Both the position numbers and the translations under genes were made by a program. Of a stretch of DNA of 64,000 bases, positions 1 to 9,412 are shown one piece after another. The notes beneath the pieces were generated by a model that saw nothing but the letters and a program-made list of their open reading frames with translations, was not told the DNA's origin and did no database searches. Within the stretch, counting starts at the first letter, position 1, and every line of letters starts with the position of its first letter. This DNA is from an uncultured Gemmatimonadales bacterium (GTDB lineage: Bacteria; Gemmatimonadota; Gemmatimonadetes; Gemmatimonadales; Gemmatimonadaceae): the NCBI GenBank assembly GCA_963850905.1, contig CAWKMU010000003.1:288001-352000 (forward strand). The letters run 5' to 3'.

Positions 1-1137
1 ATATCGGAGCCCGAGATCGACCAGCGCCGATCGATCGATGTCGGCTTCGAGCAGACGGCTCTGCAGCTTGTCCCGCACGATGTCGGCCAGTGACGGTCGG
101 CGCCCGGGCGCACCCTGTGAGTGCAGGCGAATCACTTCCGGGCGTCGGGCATCGAGCTGGAAGTGCAGCGCCCGCCGCCGGTACTCTCGCAGCGAGTCGG
201 TGATCGAGCTCGCGAACGATATGACGCGGGAATGTCGCGCACGACCAGTCGCACGATCTTGCCCTCGATCCCTCCTTCACACCGATCGACTGCGTCGGCG
301 ATCCGTGCGTCGGCGTCGGCTGCCAGTGAGGCCACGCGCCGATATCGCGCTCAGGTCGACGAGCGGCCGCGGAAGCGCAATCGGGTGAAATCGATGCCGG
401 CGAGTCTCCAGGTTGTACTCGATGAACCCCTTGCCAGCTACGCCGGTCGCGCGCTCCTCGATCAGCTCACCCCACGGATTCGCGCTCGTGTAGTCCAGCG
501 ATCCGGAATAGAACGCGTTGGGGGCGATGCTGCGGTAGACATGGTAGTGGCCCAGCGCGACATAACTCCATCGCTCGGCAGCCAGCTCCTCCTTCGTGAC
601 CTCCATCGCCGATCGATCGGTCGCGGCCGCCGCGCCCGGGAACATGCCCTCGACCTCGCCGTGCAGCAGCAGCACGTTGTACCGGGCATCGGGATCCGGC
701 GTCAGTGCCGGTCGGTCTCCGAGAACATCGGGGACGGCGAGGATCGAGACACCGCGGTCCGGAAACGTGAGCCGGCCGGCCGTCGAATCCACGACGTGAA
801 TGCCGAGCGGGGCGAACAACCGGAGGATGCAACCCGTTTCCGCGGCACGCGGGGTGTCGTGGTTCCCGGCGACCATGACGATCGTTGAGTCCGGGAGCGC
901 CGCACGAAGTCGGGCGAACTGCTCGAATGCGTGCAGGATGGCCGGATTCGTCGGCCGCACCGTGTGAAAGATGTCGCCGGCGAATAGCACGAACTCGGGC
1001 TCGAGACCGATGGTCGCATCGATCGCCCGTTTACACGCGAGTGCAACATCCGCCTCGCGTTGGTTGATTCCACTGGGCGTGAGGCGCTGGTACTGCCGAT
1101 AGCCCAGGTGGAGATCGGAGAGGTGGACCAGCCGCAT
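1..1137 (-). CDS. sbcD: Mre11/SbcD-family DNA repair nuclease (metallophosphoesterase); runs off the left edge, with three apparent +1 frameshifts near 324, 227 and 196
   Basis: Motifs HLSDLHLG, AGDIFH, AGNHD, LLLHG, ALGHYH and YSGS. The C-terminal part (GKIVRLVVRDIP...RHIVRELDH...LREYRRRALHFQLDARRP) continues in shifted frames to position 1. Confidence 0.9.
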
Positions 1138-1149
1138 GCGTACCGCAAT

Positions 1150-2034
1150 CTAGGGGCGATCGACAGCCCGCAACCACTGTGTGGCCGTCATTCGCATGCG
1201 CCCAGGGGACTGGTTCGAGCCCGTCGGCGGCTGCATGTCGTACTGCACGTCGATGGTCGCGTGCCAATCGGTCAGCCACCCGCGGCGGCGGTCGATCACC
1301 ATCGTGCCCGCCAATGTCCCCCGGGTCGTCACCGTCGCCCCGCCAACGGCAGCGTTCACGCGAGCCCCACCAAGCGGTCCGTGAACCGAGACGTACGCCA
1401 GATCAGACCCATCCGCAACGGAGTCCAGTCGGAACTCCAGCTTGATCTCGCCTCCCTGGCCGTACCCCGCGCCGGCTGGAAGCTTCATGGCCCGGACCCA
1501 GCGCTGCCCGACCTTGACGGGGTCCCGCGGGAAGGTCACGGGCAGGTCCCGCAGCACCTCGCGCAGGGCCGAGCTCACGCTGTTGGTGCTGTCGAGGAGT
1601 GTCACGGCACCGTCGGGCGCTACGTGCAGCAGCACGTGACTGCCATCGACCGGCCGGCTTCGCCGCGGCGCGGGCTCCGGTCCTCGATCATCGATGCGCT
1701 CCGTCGAGACCGAATCCGTCACCTGCATGACCTCCGTGCCGGAGGTGTCCGCGCGCTCGACGATCATGCGCTGCAGCACCACCCACGTCGTCGTCACGGC
1801 GGTCGCGGCGTCTCCCAGAGCGGCCTGGCCCGTCCGGGTGATGTTCATCTCCTGATCGAGCCGCATGTGCAGCGTGTCGCCCGCGTGCGGGCGCAATTGC
1901 AGCAGGACCTGCTGCGCCTGCAATCTCGACGCCCCCGCGACCATCACCGGGATGAGCATCGCGCGCACCCAGGAGCTGCGCGCGTATCGATTGAGACCCA
2001 GAAGGCTGGAACGGCGCACTGCCTCGCCCGTCAA
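1150..2034 (-). CDS. Hypothetical exported protein (beta-rich); true start uncertain
   Basis: 294-aa ORF with signal-like segment MLIPVMVAGASRLQA|QQ. It overlaps the herA stop and lies 13 bp before sbcD. Confidence 0.75.
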   Translation of the reverse strand: MTGEAVRRSSLLGLNRYARSSWVRAMLIPVMVAGASRLQAQQVLLQLRPHAGDTLHMRLDQEMNITRTGQAALGDAATAVTTTWVVLQRMIVERADTSGTEVMQVTDSVSTERIDDRGPEPAPRRSRPVDGSHVLLHVAPDGAVTLLDSTNSVSSALREVLRDLPVTFPRDPVKVGQRWVRAMKLPAGAGYGQGGEIKLEFRLDSVADGSDLAYVSVHGPLGGARVNAAVGGATVTTRGTLAGTMVIDRRRGWLTDWHATIDVQYDMQPPTGSNQSPGRMRMTATQWLRAVDRP

Positions 2035-4073
2035 ACGCCGTACGGATTGGCGCTAGGCAGCGCGTGCAGCGGCACCAGGAACTCCGGCTGCGCAGCCGGG
2101 CGCGTCGGCACGATGCGTCGGAGGTGGTGCTGAATGAACGCGCGCACGTCGTTGGGCTTCCTGAGCTCTGCCAGCTGACACGCCTGCAAAACCTCCTCGG
2201 GCTCGTACAGCTCCGTGTGCTGCTTGACCCATTCCAGCGTGATCGTGGAATCGAGTCGGCGCAGGCGGCGCGTTACCGCCACAGCGGGCGGCACAGGCTC
2301 CGCCGCCGGGAACCGTTCGACCCCCTCACGGCCCGAGAGGACCGGTGGCCGCGGAAACCGAACGAAAATTGGCTGCGTGAAATGCGGATGACGTACCATC
2401 AATTGCCCTTTCTCAAGCGTTGCGAGCTTCGTCCGGATCGCCGGACTCAGCACCGCGTATCCCGGCGACGCGAGCTCGTCGGCATCCATGCGCCCGAAGA
2501 CCTGCGTGCCCGCGTTCCCGACCACTCGGCGATGCACCTGTGACCGAAATTGCTGCGCCCCGAACAGAACGAGGCCCAGGTAGCGCCCCCGCTCCGCCAG
2601 GTCGAGCAACATCTTCCGGACATACGTCTCGGGTCCATCGGCTGGCGCGTAGCGGTTGAGCTCGTCGACAAAGACCACGAGGTGCTTCACGCCAAGGTCT
2701 CGCCGCTCGAGGTAGGTGCGTAACTGCGACACCACGCGCGCAAAGATCAGATCCTGCGCGTCCTGCTCGAGATTGGCGACGTCGATCACATACACCGTTC
2801 GATCGCGAAAGTGCCCCCACGGCAGGTCGCTCGCGTCGGCTGCAGGGGTCACCAGCCCCGCGCACCGCTGGGCAATGTTGAGCAGCCGGTTCCGAATCTT
2901 CCGCAGCGTCGCCACGTGATGCGTGCGCCAGCTCTCGTGATTGCGCTGCTCGAGCGCCTCCAGCAGGTCGCGAAACCACTGTTCGAGATCACTGAACGAC
3001 TGCACGGTATAACTACCGCTCAGCAACGGGTCGGTGAACTGGCGACCCACGACTCGCTCGCGAATGAAGTCGATCAACGCATCCGCCTTCGCGTCGACGT
3101 CCTCCCGATTCAGCAAGACGTTGGCATACTCCATGACTTCGCGCAGCCCCCACGCCAGCGGCGTCACGTTGTGCTCGAGGGCCTCGTTCGACCGCAAGGT
3201 GTTGAGGGTGTACCCTTCGGCGCGATACGGCGCGTAGTACTGCACGTCGCGGAACGGCGTGGCCGGTACGCCGAGCTTCTCGTACAACGCACGATCGGCC
3301 TCTCCGAGATCGGTCGCCGGCTGATCGAGAAAGCAGAGGTCTGGCCCCTTCACATTGAAGCAGACAGCCGCGACCGATTTGTCCGCTGGAAAGTGGGCGA
3401 AAATCGATGCGAGCAGCCACTCGACCGCGCTCGTCTTGGTCGCGAGACCGGAGACGCCCGTCACAGTGAGATGCGCCGCTTCGGGACCCAGCAGAAAGTC
3501 CGCGTCGAGATAGACCGGTGCGTCGATCCCGCCGCCGTGGTAGACCCCAATGGGGATCGCGGTGCGTGAGGCGCCCGCGATGTACCCATCCATACGGAGC
3601 GCACACGCAACGTCATCATCGTCGGCCAGAAAGACGGTCCCCATCGGAACCGGCTGCATGGGTTCTTCCGGCACCTGACGCAGCACCGCCGCGGTATAGA
3701 GCCGGATCTCCGTTCGCTCCGTCGTTGCCAGTGGCGCGTGCGCCGGGGACCCATCGAACCCCATCACATCGTGGAGCGGCGACTGCAGGTCCGTGTAGCC
3801 GATCGCCTCGACCACGACACCATAGACTCGCGGCACGACCCCATTGACCGCTGGTCCGCCCTCCACCCGCACGATCGTCCCGATCCCCACCGCTGCATCG
3901 AGCGCCGTCCAAAAATGAAACTCGTGCGGTGTGCTGGGTCGTCGCTCCGTCGCGACAACGCGCCCAAGCGGTTCAGGCGGTTCAAGCGGTTCAAGCGGTT
4001 CAAGCGGTTCAAGCGGTTCAAGCGGTTCAAGCGGTTCAAGCGAACTATGGGTCTCGTGTCCGTCCACTCTCAC
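2031..4073 (-). CDS. herA: HerA-like FtsK/HerA-family ATPase (bacterial HerA type)
   Basis: N-terminal HAS-barrel-like region (LGRVVATE...FHFWT...IGTIVRV), variant Walker A TVTGVSGLATKTS, FNVKG, Walker B VFVDELNRYAP, arginine-finger region ERGRYLG and AQQ motif. Lies next to a NurA-like gene. Confidence 0.85.
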   Translation of the reverse strand: MRVDGHETHSSLEPLEPLEPLEPLEPLEPLEPPEPLGRVVATERRPSTPHEFHFWTALDAAVGIGTIVRVEGGPAVNGVVPRVYGVVVEAIGYTDLQSPLHDVMGFDGSPAHAPLATTERTEIRLYTAAVLRQVPEEPMQPVPMGTVFLADDDDVACALRMDGYIAGASRTAIPIGVYHGGGIDAPVYLDADFLLGPEAAHLTVTGVSGLATKTSAVEWLLASIFAHFPADKSVAAVCFNVKGPDLCFLDQPATDLGEADRALYEKLGVPATPFRDVQYYAPYRAEGYTLNTLRSNEALEHNVTPLAWGLREVMEYANVLLNREDVDAKADALIDFIRERVVGRQFTDPLLSGSYTVQSFSDLEQWFRDLLEALEQRNHESWRTHHVATLRKIRNRLLNIAQRCAGLVTPAADASDLPWGHFRDRTVYVIDVANLEQDAQDLIFARVVSQLRTYLERRDLGVKHLVVFVDELNRYAPADGPETYVRKMLLDLAERGRYLGLVLFGAQQFRSQVHRRVVGNAGTQVFGRMDADELASPGYAVLSPAIRTKLATLEKGQLMVRHPHFTQPIFVRFPRPPVLSGREGVERFPAAEPVPPAVAVTRRLRRLDSTITLEWVKQHTELYEPEEVLQACQLAELRKPNDVRAFIQHHLRRIVPTRPAAQPEFLVPLHALPSANPYGV
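3968..4042. repeat. 9-bp tandem repeat (GCGGTTCAA)x~8 inside the herA 5' end, encoding (LEP)n
   Basis: Read directly in the sequence; translates as SLEPLEPLEPLEPLEPLEPLEPPEPL. Confidence 0.95.
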
Positions 4074-4177
4074 CTCTCCTTGTCTGTCTCCGTCCCCTTT
4101 CTACGGCCACGCCAGCCCCGTTCCCGTTCCATCAAGGCCTTGTCACGCGGCACCATGCCAGCAGCTCGGTTAGCCTC

Positions 4178-4220
4178 TCCAACGTCCAGCGTCTAGCGTC
4201 CAACGTCTAGCGTCTAGCGC
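4178..4220. repeat. Heptamer tandem array (A[A/G]CGTC[C/T])n between nurA and herA
   Basis: ccaacgtccagcgtctagcgtccaacgtctagcgtctagcg. Confidence 0.9.
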
Positions 4221-4221
4221 C

Positions 4222-5205
4222 TTACATCGTCGCCCGCAGCATCTCCTTGCAATCTCGGATGCCATACGCCAACGCGTGCCACTGCGGGTCGGGCAGCGCG
4301 ATCGGCACCCGCTCCGCCAACACCCACCGTGAAATCTCGTTCGCGCGATCACTCGCTGTGTCCGACCCTCCAGCCGCACATTCGATCCGTACCAGCCCCC
4401 ACATCGGCTCATGGCCCATGGCGTCGCGCAATCGCAGATACCAGCTCCACACCGGCGTCCAGCGGCCTGACGAGACCAGGAAGACCGTCGTGCGCTCCCC
4501 TTGTCGGAGCGCAGCAAGCCGCGACACCGCCTCACCACCCCCATACAGCACGTGATGCCGCTGGACGACCCCAACACTCTTGCCTGACGTGGCGACGTGC
4601 TCCTTTCCCGCGATCGCGCCGTCAATGTACAGCGGCGCGTTCTCGGAGTCGCACCACTCCTCCGCCAGCGCGCGTTCCAGCCGCTCGCGGCGCGCCTCAA
4701 CGCACCGACGTGCGCGATCGATCAGCACCGCTGGGTGCGCGCCCTCGGCGGACACACCCTGATCGGCGTCGGCGAGACGAGCGCTCGTGTCGATCACCTC
4801 CACGCCGTCGTCGGCCAGGCGCTGACACACCGCCGGCGCCAACACGGTGGGTGCATAAACCGCCTCGTGCTTGCGAACCCCTCGCCGCCAGGTGACGAGA
4901 CGGCGGTCTCGGCGCGCCCGAATCACGGCCGCGGCAACGCCATGGACGATCGGCACACCACGGTCGTACATCAACACACGGCTCGTTTGGGCGCCGTCGA
5001 GAAACCCGCCAAACATCTCGGTTGGCGGGCCGGTCACCTCCCGCGCCTCGAGCTCGCCGCCCTCGATCACCGTGGCAGCGGCCAAACGTGGTGACTCGGT
5101 TGCCGCGGGAAGCGTCTCCAAGGTGGGACCGCCGCGATCCGTCCCTCGGAGGTGTGGCGCCCACTGACCGAGCAAGCGCTGCACACTGCGGAGGCTTGCG
5201 TCCAT
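4222..5205 (-). CDS. nurA: NurA-like nuclease (RNase H-like fold)
   Basis: Likely start MDASLR at 5205. Acidic motifs GFLDG and LYIDG, then VGVVQRH, WSWYLRLR, GLVRIE and C-terminal DPQW..LAYGI. Directly upstream of the herA-like gene. Confidence 0.75.
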   Translation of the reverse strand: MDASLRSVQRLLGQWAPHLRGTDRGGPTLETLPAATESPRLAAATVIEGGELEAREVTGPPTEMFGGFLDGAQTSRVLMYDRGVPIVHGVAAAVIRARRDRRLVTWRRGVRKHEAVYAPTVLAPAVCQRLADDGVEVIDTSARLADADQGVSAEGAHPAVLIDRARRCVEARRERLERALAEEWCDSENAPLYIDGAIAGKEHVATSGKSVGVVQRHHVLYGGGEAVSRLAALRQGERTTVFLVSSGRWTPVWSWYLRLRDAMGHEPMWGLVRIECAAGGSDTASDRANEISRWVLAERVPIALPDPQWHALAYGIRDCKEMLRATM

Positions 5206-5221
5206 TGACCCTACACGACGC

Positions 5222-6241
5222 GTGACAACAGGATACGGAGACGCCGGGTTGAACCGGCGGGCGGTGTTCTCGCAAACGGCGGCCCGCTCGGCCGTCGCCG
5301 CCGCAATGTGGCTAACGGTAACCGTCACCGCAGGATGCAACAAGGCGAACGCGGGCGACACCGCGCCGTCGATCCCGGCCGGCCAGGAATTGGACCTGCG
5401 CAAGCATCCGCCGATCCTGTTCGAGGTGTTCGGCGAGCGCGACGATCCTCGGATGGTGCCGCTCGCCTCGTTGGACAATGGGAAATTGCGACCCATTCGT
5501 CTCTCACCCGGTGGGTGGCGGACCTTCGACCGCCTCTACCACCGTCCGGGCGCTGCCTACACCGTGTATCAGGACGGGCGCCCGGTGGGCCAGGCGACGG
5601 TGAAGCAAGGGATGTGGTCCCGCCCTGAAGCGCCGCTCTACACGCTGCCCAATTGTCAGAGCCTCATTCCACTCGCAGCGGTCAGCATCGACGCCAACGT
5701 GAAAGCCGGGATCACGGTCGAGTTCCTGGCGACGAGCGTGGATCTGCCACCGGCGCACGAGAGCAGTCCGTTGACGACCAGCGAAATGGTCACGCTCGCG
5801 CGAGACGTCGGAGCCAAAGTCGCCGAAAAGGCGCACATCCCGCGCGCGCGACTCGACTCGCTCGACTTTCGCGCGCTGGCCGTCAACACCGGCGCAACTG
5901 CGGACCCGACGCTCATCGTTTCGTACATCGACCCAAACGCCGAGGAAGCTGCCTCCCGCGGCGACAAGACGTCATACCTGTTCGCGATCGCCGACAAGAT
6001 CGCCGGCGACTACACCCCAACTTTCGCCGCGACCGTCAACGGGTCCGCCGCGAAAGCGCTCTACCGGCGCTACGTGGACCACATCGACATCGACGGCAAC
6101 GGCGTCGACGCCATCGTGCTCGAAGGCTGGCAGTACGGCGGCGATACCTACCCGATGATCATGCGCTACAAGGACGGGCGCTGGGTCGAGATCTTCCGGG
6201 GCACGACCAATTGGTGCTTGGAACAGGGAACAGGACGTTAG
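5222..6241 (+). CDS. Hypothetical lipoprotein
   Basis: Lipobox-like VTVTAG-C. C-terminal DIDGNGVDAIV resembles an FG-GAP/VCBS Ca-binding loop. Confidence 0.75.
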   Translation: MTTGYGDAGLNRRAVFSQTAARSAVAAAMWLTVTVTAGCNKANAGDTAPSIPAGQELDLRKHPPILFEVFGERDDPRMVPLASLDNGKLRPIRLSPGGWRTFDRLYHRPGAAYTVYQDGRPVGQATVKQGMWSRPEAPLYTLPNCQSLIPLAAVSIDANVKAGITVEFLATSVDLPPAHESSPLTTSEMVTLARDVGAKVAEKAHIPRARLDSLDFRALAVNTGATADPTLIVSYIDPNAEEAASRGDKTSYLFAIADKIAGDYTPTFAATVNGSAAKALYRRYVDHIDIDGNGVDAIVLEGWQYGGDTYPMIMRYKDGRWVEIFRGTTNWCLEQGTGR

Positions 6242-6308
6242 ACGTTGGAAAGCCAGACCTCGAAATCGGGACGGGAAACCACCGCCCGCGCGTTCCCCTG
6301 ATGGGCGG

Positions 6309-6333
6309 GTAGGGGCGACGCATGCGTCGCCCC
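6309..6333. repeat. GTAG-type REP palindrome
   Basis: gtaggggcgacgcatgcgtcgccc. Confidence 0.85.
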
Positions 6334-6351
6334 ACGATGTCGCATAAAACA

Positions 6352-6423
6352 CGAGGCCAGTCACCCACATAGTGACTGGCCTCGCCGCGTGTTGAAGTTC
6401 CCCGACCCCTGATCCCTGACCCC
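6352..6423. terminator. 13-bp perfect hairpin between convergent genes followed by (TGACCCC)-type heptamers; probable bidirectional terminator or repeat element
   Basis: cgaggccagtcac-N7-gtgactggcctcg (6352-6384). Confidence 0.65.
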
Positions 6424-6428
6424 GCCGT

Positions 6429-7616
6429 TCACCTCTTCCCAATCAGTTCCACCACCCGCTTCACGCCCTCCACCACCGTCTCCATGGGCGCGGCGTAGGA
6501 TGCACGGATCCAGTTCGGCGTGAGAAACGCCGCGCCGGGCACGACGGCCACCCCGTGCGCGTCCATGAGCTCCGTGGCAAACGCAGCACCGTCACGACCC
6601 ACGTTGATGTAGAGGTAAAACGCGCCCCCGGGCCGCACATACTGGACCCGCGCCGCGTCGAGCAACGCGAGCGCGGCGTCGCGGCGCGCTCGGAATTGCT
6701 CGACCATGGCAGCGATCGCCGGCTCTGCTGCGGCCACGTCGGTCAATGCCGCGAGGGCGGCGTGCTGCGACATGCTGGCGGCGTTCGACGTGGTATGCGA
6801 TTGGAGCGCGCCCATCGTCTGCGCCACGGCCCGCGGCGCGACCGCCCAGCCGATGCGCCAACCCGTCATCGCGTACGCCTTCGCGACGCCGTTCACGTAC
6901 ACGACTCGGTCGCGTTCGGTGACCACGTCGAGGACGGACGAAGCCGCATGCTCGTATGCAATTCGGCGATAAATCTCGTCCGAGATGATCCACCATCCGC
7001 GCTCGCCGGCGACCGACGCGATGTCGCGCAACTCCTGCTCGGTGTAGACGGCGCCGGTTGGATTGCACGGCGAGTTGAGGATGAGGCCGCGCGTCCGGGG
7101 AGTCGCGGCAGCAACTAGCTGTGCGGCGGTCGCCTTCAGTCCGCGCGACTCTTCGCCGAACACCGGCACGGCCTTGGCCCTCGCCAGCGAGACGATCTCG
7201 TAATAGCTCGTCCAGGCCGGCGTTGGGATGAGGATCTCGTCGCCCTCTCCAAAGAGCACGAAGCACGCGTTGAATAGCGCCTGCTTCGACCCATTCGACA
7301 CGACCACGTCCGCCGCGGTGACTGGATCAGGCCCGCGGTAGAGCGTGTTGGCCTCCGCGGCGATCGCCTCCCGGAGCGGCTGAATCCCTTCCGTCGCGGT
7401 GTATCGGGTCGCACCCGCCGCCACAGCCCGCTCCGCCGCTTCGCAAATGAAGCGAGGGGTCGCAAAATCGGGCTCGCCGGCCCCAAGGTCGAGGATCCTG
7501 CGCCCCGCCGCTCGGAGCGCACGCGCCCGTGCGGACACGGCGATGGTCGCGGATTCCTTGAGCTGGGCAACGTTTGCGGAGGGTGTAAACGAGGCAGGCG
7601 CTGCTGTAGCAGTCAT
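6429..7616 (-). CDS. PLP-dependent class I/II aminotransferase (aspartate aminotransferase type)
   Basis: GAGEPDF, NGSKQAL, NSPCNPTG, SDEIY and PLP-lysine motif GVAKAYAMTGWRIG. Confidence 0.95.
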   Translation of the reverse strand: MTATAAPASFTPSANVAQLKESATIAVSARARALRAAGRRILDLGAGEPDFATPRFICEAAERAVAAGATRYTATEGIQPLREAIAAEANTLYRGPDPVTAADVVVSNGSKQALFNACFVLFGEGDEILIPTPAWTSYYEIVSLARAKAVPVFGEESRGLKATAAQLVAAATPRTRGLILNSPCNPTGAVYTEQELRDIASVAGERGWWIISDEIYRRIAYEHAASSVLDVVTERDRVVYVNGVAKAYAMTGWRIGWAVAPRAVAQTMGALQSHTTSNAASMSQHAALAALTDVAAAEPAIAAMVEQFRARRDAALALLDAARVQYVRPGGAFYLYINVGRDGAAFATELMDAHGVAVVPGAAFLTPNWIRASYAAPMETVVEGVKRVVELIGKR

Positions 7617-7741
7617 GAGAGCAGTTTAATCCGGTAGAGGTATCTTCTCGGTCCCAAGCCTTCTACTATCCAACTTCCTTAAGTCTACTTTGTACTTTCT
7701 GTAGGTCTACTTTCTCGGGCGCGAAGCGCCCGGGGGGCGAG

Positions 7742-9202
7742 GTGGAACAACAGCCGTCGGCCGGCGGGCCGGGCGTCGCACGCAACGCCAACGCCGTCTA
7801 CATCGTTCCAGCCGACTGGTCGGCTGCGCCTGCCGCACTGGCCACCGCCTTCGATCGGATCGATGCCGATGTGCCGGCGACGCAGCTGCTCGTCGTCGTC
7901 GCCAGCGCAGATGCGGCGGTCGCGATCACCCAGGCCATAACCGCGGTGCGCGGACAGACGATGCCCCGTGCCATTGCGGCAACAGGCGCATCGCGCGTCG
8001 CGCGTGTGTTGAGGGCAGGCGCTGCGCCCATCGTCGTTGGGGCGCCGGAGCAGCTGTTGGCACTCCTGCGTATGTCGGCGCTCAAGCTCGACGGGGTCCG
8101 CGTGCTCGCCGTCGCCTGGCTGGAAGACATTCTCGCCGCCGGACGAGGCGAGGATCTCGAGGCGGTCATCGCGGACGTGCCCAAGAGTGCGGCCCGCGTC
8201 ATCATGACTGCGCAGTGGGACGCGCCCGCGAAGGATTTTGTCGAGCGCCACGCGCGTCGCGCTCCGGTGCTGCAGCTCTCGCACACGGGGCCCGTGCCGC
8301 TCGCGGAAGGGACCGAAGCACCGACGAGGGTTTCCCCGCCCTCATCGACTGCTCCGGAACCGCCGGTCACGGTGTCGTCGGTCGCCTACGTGACGTGCTC
8401 GACGTCGGCGCGAGTTGCCGCGCTTCAAACGGTCCTCGACGAGCTCGATCCACCATCCGCGCTCATTTATGTGCGGTCGATTGATGGAGAGCGTGAGGTG
8501 GCCGATACGCTCCGCGCGTTGGGCTACGATGCGCACCATGCGGTCCGCCTGACGCGCGGCGAGGCAACCGAGCACACCGCGCTCGTGGTCCTGTTTGATT
8601 TGCCGCATACGCCAGCCGAATGGCGCGCCGCGACTGCGAGCCAACCTGCGCGCGTTGTCGCCCTCGGACCGCCCCGATTGTTGGGACAGCTCCGCACGCT
8701 GGCCGGCTCGATCGTGCCCCTCACCTTCTCCGCGCCGTTCGACGCGGCCCGGGCGTCCGAGGCTCAGCTCCGCGCCGACCTCCGGCGCGAGTTGGCGGCG
8801 GGAACGCCCGCCCGCGAGCTGCTGACCTTGGAACCCATGCTCGCGGAGTTCGATGGAGCCGCGCTCGCCGCTGCCGCGCTGCGCCTCCTCGAGCACGAGC
8901 GGACCAAACGCCCGCGCATCGAAGCCGCTCCTCCCCCGCAGCCGCCCCGAGAGGCGACACGGCAGGAGCGTCCGCGGGACCGCGATCGAGAGCGGCCCAG
9001 GAGTGACCACGGCCCGCGCGACGCACGAGGCGGACCCGGCGGCCGACGATCAGCGACCGACCGGGCGCCGACTGGGGGAGGCGGACGCAGAGAGTTTCGC
9101 CCCCGGCCGAACGACCATTCCGGCCCGCCCCCACGCGGTCAAGGGGACCGCGAGTCGCGACGGCCGCCAAACGCCAGACCCCTACCGCGGAATCCACGAT
9201 AG
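7742..9202 (+). CDS. DEAD-box RNA helicase-like protein with degenerate catalytic motifs and an Arg/Gly-rich tail
   Basis: Spacing and context match DeaD-type helicases (QLLVV, IVVGAPEQLL, ALKLDGVRVLAV, ALIYVRS), but Walker A and DEAD are absent. Confidence 0.65.
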   Translation: MEQQPSAGGPGVARNANAVYIVPADWSAAPAALATAFDRIDADVPATQLLVVVASADAAVAITQAITAVRGQTMPRAIAATGASRVARVLRAGAAPIVVGAPEQLLALLRMSALKLDGVRVLAVAWLEDILAAGRGEDLEAVIADVPKSAARVIMTAQWDAPAKDFVERHARRAPVLQLSHTGPVPLAEGTEAPTRVSPPSSTAPEPPVTVSSVAYVTCSTSARVAALQTVLDELDPPSALIYVRSIDGEREVADTLRALGYDAHHAVRLTRGEATEHTALVVLFDLPHTPAEWRAATASQPARVVALGPPRLLGQLRTLAGSIVPLTFSAPFDAARASEAQLRADLRRELAAGTPARELLTLEPMLAEFDGAALAAAALRLLEHERTKRPRIEAAPPPQPPREATRQERPRDRDRERPRSDHGPRDARGGPGGRRSATDRAPTGGGGRREFRPRPNDHSGPPPRGQGDRESRRPPNARPLPRNPR

Positions 9203-9412
9203 GGGCCGGTACAGACTGTGTCCCACGTGCCGTCAGGCATTGCGAGCACAGTCACCGCGTGCAGTGTGTGTGGCCGGACCGAATTACCGGTCAGGCGTCC
9301 AATGTACTCCGCGTGAGTCGGTTAGCCGTCACAAGCCCGCCGCGACACTGTCACGAGCTACGACAGTGGACATTGCGCGTGACGGGCGCGCTATCCCTCG
9401 CGTCCACTGAGC

